DNA from: the human T2T-CHM13v2.0 reference genome, Homo sapiens
DNA: 64,000 bases
Strand: one strand, 5' to 3'
NCBI RefSeq assembly: GCF_009914755.1
Contig: NC_060947.1
Shown: positions 55,895 to 64,000 of the stretch, one piece after another
Layout of the letters: each line of letters begins with the position of its first letter
How positions within the stretch are numbered: the first letter of the stretch is position 1
Notes under the pieces: generated by a model
The model's input: the letters and a program-made list of their open reading frames with translations, nothing else
Database searches by the model: none
What the model was told of the DNA's origin: nothing
Translations under genes and position numbers: made by a program

Positions 55895-56395
55895 TCATTA
55901 TTCAGTTATTCATCAACAAGTATATTTTGAGCATCTTCTATGTGCTTGACTTTGTGCTAGGCACTGAGGATTCAGTGTTGAACAGGATAGACATAGACAT
56001 AGCCCCTACTTTCATTAATGTTACATTCTACTGGAAAATACAGACGTTAAAGAAGTAAATGCATAAATAAGTATGTAATTATGACTTCTGATAAGTGCCA
56101 GGAAGTAAGAGGACAGAGTTTAGAGTGAGAGTGTAACAGTAGACTTACTTTAGATAATGTGATCAGGGAAGATGCCACTCTGGAGGTGATGTTTAAACTG
56201 AGTTCCAAAGGAAATAAGAAGGAAACAGGTATGTGATGTGCAAAGAAAATAACATTTCAGGCTGAGGGCTAGCAACTGAAAAGACCTAGAAGAGGAAATT
56301 ATCTTGGCATATTTGAGGAACACAGGTAATCCCTGGTGTGGCCAGAACAGGCTGAATAATATGCAATAAAATTGGAGTTGAAGTCAGAGGAGAGA
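55895..56395. mobile_element. L2 3' region
   Basis: ttcattattcag...tattttgagcatcttctatgtgc...tgtgctaggcactgagga. Confidence 0.7.
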
Positions 56396-58121
56396 TCAAA
56401 TAAAGCCAGTGGTAAACTTTATAAACTCTAAAATCCTATACAAGTTTAAAGTGGTGGTGGTATGACTGGCACTATTTTCGTCCATATAACATTCCCGAGT
56501 TCTTTCATCCTTGTAATGTGTGGCCCCAACTGACTGTTGACGCATGAAGATAAGTCTGTGGATTCCTGTTTTTATGCTTTGACTCTGAGCTAAATTGGGT
56601 GAAAGCTGGATTCCCCTAACTTTCTTTAAGATAAAAAAAAATCTTAGATTTCTTCTGTAGTTATTTGCCCCTAAATGAGATTTTTCATATCTTGTGGTTC
56701 CTAATTGGGTCACTGAATCAGTGCTCGTTAGAACAATATGTTGATATGTAAAAGTAAGGCAAATATGTTCACAAGTTGGTGGTCTGTGGCTCTTGAAGGA
56801 GAGAAGTCAGAAAAGCCAGGTTGGATTGACCTTGGAAAATGTTCATGTAGAAATAGATTTAAATATTATTTTAGCAGCAGCCTGTCAGTAAAAGCTTTGT
56901 TCATTCTTAATCTCTTAGGAAAACAAAAGCTTCCGCCAATAAGAATGGCACATTTCATCAGACGCATGTCTAAAAAGATGGACTTACAGATGAAGTTCTA
57001 TTTGTAAATTTGGAGTCAAGGGAATACTTATCACTCCTAACTCAGTTTATCACTTAAAAGAGTTGTGAAATGTGGTGTCATTAGGCTTCTTTTTTAAATA
57101 AAGAGAGTTGAATTTTATTTTATTTATTTTCTCTATAATGTTAGCCTTTGAGGGTGTCATTATTCATATTCATCACTTTTAGAAGAGAGAAGTTAGAATA
57201 TCATTTTGGATACTTTCTTTTTTAAATCAATTCCGTCTGAACCTAGTGATCTAAAGAATGTAGTAAACTGTGTTATAGGATTTTGTCCTTTGCTGGAAAG
57301 CAGTTTGTTGCTGTATGTAGCTGATTAGAAGGAGGGTTCCTAACTCTTACTAACCAATAGCTATTATCAATTTAACTGAATTGCTGTTTTGGTTTTGTGG
57401 TCTTTATCAGCTTTCATAGGTTATAGTGGCAATAATTCTAAGGAGAACCTTTTGGAGCTCAGTCAGCTTACTCAGATAGACTCATGGCAAGCCATTAGCA
57501 AACACTAGTTGTAAAAGTGGCAGCTTTGGGTCCAAGACTGCTGTAGCAATATTTTCTGGGTGCTATCAAATGAAATTAATAAAATCATTTGCATGGTACT
57601 TAGCATCATTACTAGCACGTAGTAGATGCTGAATATATATGCATGTTCACATATATTTATATGCATGTTTTTATGTGTTTCTCTCTATATATATACACAC
57701 ACACGTATATGTATATGTTTGTACAGGTGTGTGTGTCTACACAGACACCCACACACACACACCTCAAAGCCTCAGTAAAATTGGGGATAATAATACTTAC
57801 CTGGCTGTTATAAAGTTTAAATGAGATAATATGCTTAGCACAGTGCTTAAAACAGTAACTGTTCTATAGCTATATTTTATATATGTTTTATTATTATTAC
57901 AGGTATACCTTATTAAACTCATATTGTCCCTAAAATATTTTACTATGCATAGCATCTAATGCAAGTTATTTAATTCTCTCTGAAATTTAGATCATAAATA
58001 GGGGTAATAGTATTACATACACATCACAGAATAGTTGTGATGACTAAACAAGATGAAGTTCTCAATGTAGATCTTGGGATACAGTAACGGTTCAATAAAT
58101 AAATAAATAGTAGTGAATTAG

Positions 58122-58122
<1 letters not shown>

Positions 58123-58154
<32 letters not shown>
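58123..58154. repeat. (GAT)n microsatellite
   Basis: About 10 perfect GAT units. Confidence 0.9.
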
Positions 58155-58155
<1 letters not shown>

Positions 58156-61100
58156 AAGGAAGATGATATCACCTGTCCTCTGGAAAAGAAATGTAGGCTA
58201 ACTACTAGTTTTTCTGAATAGCAAGATTTTACTACTTAGTTGATGCTCTCCCAGAATTGTTTTTGTTACTAAATTCAAACTTTTAACATGCCTATCCTGC
58301 TCTCCTTTCTCATGCCTTCTCTCTCACTCTCTCTCTCTCACTCTTGCATGCCAAATCAAGCTGTTTCTTTGTGAAAGCACCAATGACATAGGTTAGCTTA
58401 CTATTTTTGAGGTCCAGCTGTACATTTTAATAAACACTTTTCGTATTGTGGAATAATGACCTAGTCTTTCCTTCTTAAAACATGCAGGGTGAAATCCTCA
58501 CTATTTTTATGAAACAGCATCTGATCTTGAACTTTTATGACTCACCTCAGTCACTTCACCTGTATTTTGGCCCTGTCAGATCATGTCTTTATTTAAACTT
58601 TTGATATTTTATTCTTTATATGTTTTTGCATTAGTTTTTATTTTTAAAACTTTTTCTAAGTATTTTTATCTTGACTACTGTGGTTTTGGTGCCTTCTTAA
58701 ATTTTATGCTAGAGATGACTACTGCCTCATTCTTCTCACTGGAGGATATCATACAACTATATGATATACAACTATATGATACATATACAACTTGCAATTG
58801 TGGGATTCACCTTTTCTGAGTATGAAAGTGGAAATCTTCTATAATAGTAGTTGAATTTTTACAATTGATTGGGAGAACAAATAATAACAAGAAGCTGTCA
58901 TGAATTTGGTAACACTTTGAAATGAATTTGTATTTTAGTTTAAACAACAGCATCTACACATATTGAAAAAAATAGTTGTGTGTTTAAGTGCAAGACTTAT
59001 TTATTCAGTCTATAGATAGTGCTTTGCATACGTAGAGCTTTGTAGACCCTTTACAATAACTCTTGTTTCTCCCTCCATATTCTTCATCCCGACAGAGATC
59101 TCTGGACCACAGATTAGAAACCACTGCTGTAAGAATTCAGATATAAGGAAAATCAGTGTGCCTAAAATATGTTTAGAGAATATAGGACTTTGATATCCAT
59201 GAGCATTTGAATACCTTGCCCAAGGTTATATAGCCAATAACTTAGCAGAGCCAGGATCCATATCCAGGATTTTACACTGACATGACTTTGGCATGAATTT
59301 GAAAAATAAGTAGGAGAAAAGGAGTAAATAAATGTGGGAAGACATTCTGTTTATTGAGTGCCTTTTGGGTGCCAAGCTTGGAGCCAGGCACTTTGCATTC
59401 CTCTTTTATGTAGTCTATGAAGTAGGTGTTATTATGCCCATTTTACATTTAAGAAAACTGAGCCTCAGAGCATTTGAATACCTTGCCCAAGGTCTTATAG
59501 TCAATAATTTTAGAGCCAGGATCCGTATCCAGGATTTTATAGTTTCATTGTTCGACTAAGACAGGAAGAAGTCAGCTACTGTTAATGCTGGTAAACAAAA
59601 AGTTTGAATTTAAACTGGTAAGTCAGAAGTGCACAGAAATTACAGTTGTTTGCTTTTATACTTTCCTCATTTGGCAGGCCCATCTTAACTGCCTAGATAT
59701 TTTTAAATGTCCTGTTGAGGAAGTTTGTGTTTTTTTCTAGGTCATCATTCAACAGATTATTTTGTCTTTCATTAATTTACTATTAATATTTACCTCTACT
59801 CTCTAGGCTCTTTACATAGTCTAGAATAGTCTGTTTTTCACAGGCTATCTCGAGCAAGTTGCAAAAACATACATAGTCTCTTTATTGGCCCTTTCTAAAT
59901 TCTTCAAATTGGATTTTAAAAAGTAGATTCCAATTACAAATAGGTTGCATCAATATAGAAATACCTTGACTTGCTCATTTTCTCAAAGTAATAAGGCAAA
60001 TGTTAAAAAAAATCATTTCTGCATTATGCATTAATAAAATACAGATGATGAAATGGTTTTCCTCATTTTCTTTTTAGTTGTCTTTCATGATTTTTACAAA
60101 GTAAATTTATGAACAGTTCAGTGCAGCTTTTCGTTTTTAAGGTATTAATGCTTCTTCCAATGTTTTGATTATTTTGCATTCAAATATGGCCAGGAGATGT
60201 GATTGTTAATTACATTTCTTTATGATTTGTGTTACAGCAAAATGTTCTCCATTGAATTTTTTGGTGTAACATGGAAAACTTTTCTTCTGTTGTGAAAGTA
60301 TGTGTACTATTGAACAGCAAGATAACTTATGGAAATTTTAAAGTTCTTAGATGAGGCTTAACTGTGGAAATATTCTTCTTTTTTCAATTCTGTCTCCCAC
60401 TAAAATCATTAAGGCTCTCTGGGTCTTGAGACATATGAATTCTTCACCTTGATTGTAGGTACCCGTTAACAGAAGTTTACTAGGCATGTTTTAATATCTG
60501 AAAGGGTTGTAATTCTGGGTTTTGAGTTATGTCCCTTTCCTTTGCCTTTTAGATTTTTGTGATTGTGTCTTAGACTAATGCCAGTAGTTATTGTGGAGAT
60601 TTATGAGCTAGCAAGTACTTATGAGACATCTGGGTTTCCATACACTGTAAAGCTGAACAATTTAAAGCACAAATTTTGGATTCAGGATACATGTTTTTAA
60701 ATCTCATGTAATGGAACAAGCTATCATTTAATGGTGGTTGTCTTGAGTAGATTACTTACCTTTTCCCTCATCTCAGAGAGTCCCTTTCTTTATCTGTCAA
60801 ATGAAGACAGTAATACCAACATCACAGATTTATTTTGAGGATTTAGAGATAATGTTATATGCTCCACACTGTGCTTAGTACATAGTAGGCACTCAATAAA
60901 GGTAAAGCTAACAAAATTTTGATAAATATTATTTTAATGTTAGCAAAGAAAACATGCTTATGAGCTTGAGGATTTAGGATATAGTATGCCTGGCAGAGAC
61001 CACTACCAAACTGTCCCAAAAAGTAGTTGCTTTTTTCTTTTAGGAAGTCTCCAGGTCTTACAACCCAGAGTTTGGAAGGGCTGGGGAGAGAGAAAAAGGG

Positions 61101-62578
61101 TCAGAGAATTTGTATTTTTAATGCTTGGGGTTGCTAGGTAGTTGAGTATCGGAAAAGTGAATATGGAAACTTGCCTCAGTTGACAAAAGTAGAACGTAAG
61201 AAAGGGAAAGAGAAATAGTGCCTCAAGCAAACAATTAAGAGCAATAGTTTACTGTTTTCAGATATGATATATAGACTACCCACCTCTACCCAGAGTAGTG
61301 TTTTTAATGCAGACTCCTAGGCCCAGGTCTTGACTTTCTGAAGTATATTTTCAGTCATACTGAGGTTTGAAAATCTCCTGGTATAACAAAATAAGGTTGA
61401 AATTAGTTCAAATTTTTATTTTTCCACTTATTAACTGTACCCATGGCTCTTGTCCTTCTTATGTTCCACTCCAACTCTGCTTTTACCACTCTAGCCTTTT
61501 TTCTCCTTGTTATTACATAACTCAATCAACTAACTGTACCTATTCAACTAGATAGTTGTGTAACATGCCATCATTTGGTCTTAAACCATTGGAGTGCTAT
61601 CACTGGCTCCTCGTACTGAACTTGTACAGTTTTCTAGCTGACAGCTACTTTTAATTTCCTGACCTCTCATCCACAATGTCTGGTCCTGACATGACTGCCA
61701 ATTCTTCTCCCTAGTTTCTATGTGGTCTGAATTACTACCCTGACCAATCTGATGCCCAGGTTTGTTTGTTTTTTATGAGTTTACCCAATTTAGAGCCTGG
61801 ATAGCAAACTTAACTCAAGGGTATGGACTCAGATGCAAAACTTCAGTGTGTATAGCCTACAGACTCTATAATCACCGAATACTTCTTTGTACCCCAGTGC
61901 AGATCGTGTCCATATCTAATTTAATAGGCAAGAGCACACATGCTAGGTGTGGAAAAATGGACAAGGATTCTGCATTTTAAGCAGAATCTCAAAAAATAAG
62001 CAATAATAATTAACCAGAATTACAACCCTTTCAGATATTAAAACATGCCTAGTAAACTTCTATTAACGGGTACCTACAATCAAGGTGAAGACAAAGGACA
62101 TTCCTGTGAGAGGTAACAGTAAGAGCAAATACATGACTTAGGACTAGTAAACGACTCAGTGTTAGGTTTTCTATAAACATTCCATTGTTTCTCACGATGC
62201 AGTATGAGTAACACCTGCTTCAAAAATTTCAGAGGGTGACTGTTTAAAATTTTATTCATGGGTGCTCTAGACTTATTAAATTTGGATCCATGGGAATGCG
62301 ACTCAACAGTCTGCATTTTCAACAACAGATGCACCATCAAAAAACATCAAGTAGCTATATATAACTAAGGATATGTAGTTGAAGACTTGAGAAGACTGAG
62401 CCATGTATTTCTAAAAGGGCTGAAAACTATGTAGTTTAGAGAATGCTCACTTTCTATAAAAAAGTGGCAGTGTTTGGAATTAGCCACACACTGTGGAACC
62501 AATTACCATTTAAGTTATAATACACAGGATTCTAGAAGAAAAGAAAATGATCTTATCTGAAGTCCAGTAAGTTTTGTT

Positions 62579-62617
62579 GTGTGTGTGTGAGGGAAGGACG
62601 GAGGGAGAGAGAGAGGC

Positions 62618-62652
<35 letters not shown>
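62579..62652. repeat. (GT)n/(GA)n simple repeat
   Basis: gtgtgtgtg...gagagagagagagagag. Confidence 0.85.
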
Positions 62653-62656
<4 letters not shown>

Positions 62657-62839
62657 ATAGGATGACAGTGCAAGGAGGCCCTGGTGTGGCTTCTAAGTGG
62701 CAAGGAACCTTCAGTAAGAAAGCAGGCACAGTCTAAAGACTTGAAACCATGGAAATTAGATAGATTCCAGTGAAGGCTATGGTAGTGAGAGAAAAGTCAA
62801 GTAATGTTATTGAATTAAATTCTTACTTGGATTTCCTAG

Positions 62840-64000
62840 GGAAGAGATGGATCAAGATGGTGAAATAGAAGACTCCACCAATCATCCCCTTCACACGAAC
62901 ACCAATTTAACAACTATCTACATGCACACACACAAAAGCTTCATCAATTTAACAACTATCTACATGCACACACACAAAACCTTTGTAAGAACTCAAAATC
63001 AGGTAAGTACTCATAGTACCTGGTTTTAACATCATATTGGTGAAAGAGGCACTGAAAAGGTAGAAAAAACAGTCTTGAATCACCAGTGTCGCCCATAACT
63101 CCCTCCCCGACCAGCAGCAGTTGCATGGTGCAGAGAGCTTCTCTGGTTGCTGGGGGAGGGAGAACTCAGCAATTGTGAGACATTCAACTCAGTTCTGTCC
63201 TGTTAGAGCAGAAAGGAAAACCAGACCAAACTCAGCTGATGTCTGGACACAGGGAGCATTTAAAGTAGCCCCAGCCAGAAGGGAATTGTTGATACTAGCA
63301 GTCAGAACTTGAGTTCTTGCAAACCTTGCCACAGAGGGTTACATTGCCCTGGGTCTTTAAGTAAACTTGAAAGGCAGGCTAGGCTACAAGGGCTGCAACA
63401 CTAAGGCAAATCCTAGAGCTGAACTGAGTCCAGATACAGTAGACTGTGGGGCACATGAGCTACTAAGACAATAGCTGGGTTGGCTAAGGGAATGCTGTCA
63501 TCACCCCTCCTTTAACCTTAGGTTGCACAGCTCACAGCTCCAAAAGAAGCGCCTTCCTTCTGCTTGAGGAGAGGAGAAGGAAGAGTGGGGAGGACTTTGT
63601 CTTGTATCTTGGATACTAGCTCAGCCACAGCAGGACAGGGCACTGGTCATAGTTGTGAGGCCCCTGTTTCAGGCCCTAGCTCCCGGATGACATTTCTAGA
63701 CATACCCTGGGCCAGAAGGGAACCCACTGCCTTGAAGGGAAGGACCCAATCTTGGCAGCATCCATCATTTGCTAACTAAAGAGGCCTCAGGCCCTGAATA
63801 ACCAACAGTGATTCCCAGGTACTACATCAAAGGCCTTGGTTGGGTCTCTGATTGTAAGCTTAAGGTACCCGCTTGGCTGGCCACAGGAGGGTAGAGCATC
63901 AGGCAAGCTCTTGGAGTCCCTGACTCCAGGACTTGACTCTTGGATGGTATTTCTGGACCTGCCCTGGGCCTGAAGGGAGCCCACTGCCCTGAAGGGTGAG
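62840..64000 (+). mobile_element. 5'UTR of an older L1 (L1MA/L1PB type), continuing past the window end
   Basis: caagatggtgaaatagaagactccacc start; repeated gggccagaagggaacccactgccttgaaggg motifs typical of L1M1/L1PB 5' ends. Confidence 0.75.

Noticed and set aside
58538-58544. AP-1 motif TGACTCA in unique DNA
   Set aside because: A single 7-mer is expected by chance in 64 kb

Overview
Primate (almost certainly human) genomic DNA, AT-rich and L1-dense as expected for Xq21. The only host coding sequence is coding exon 1 of SH3BGRL (ATG 27921, MVIRVYIASSSGSTA, GT donor at 27966). It lies in a small CpG-enriched promoter that, from recalled annotation, is shared head-to-head with HMGN5, so 1-27.4 kb would be HMGN5 intron 1 and 28-64 kb SH3BGRL intron 1. 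The rest is mostly L1, Alu, MIR, L2 and LTR (MaLR, MLT2, ERV1) relics; most listed ORFs are decayed L1 ORF1/ORF2 pieces or chance frames. The standout is one TSD-flanked retro-insertion at 1352-6945 that is a multiply spliced chimeric mRNA: TPK1 5' exon(s) (MEHAFTPLEPLLST), a 54-nt THE1/MaLR exon, an L1 5'UTR exon, then a spliced (SpIRE-type) near-full-length L1 with poly(A). Other highlights: two L1s 19.7 kb apart share the same catalytically dead FAHD RT motif plus other rare variants (probable gene conversion); an inverted and templated L1 rearrangement at 44.3-45.3 kb; a 25-bp-stem hairpin; and a strong CTCF motif. No prokaryotic-type system, tRNA, rRNA or CRISPR array is seen. Repeat subfamily calls and most boundaries are by eye and approximate.
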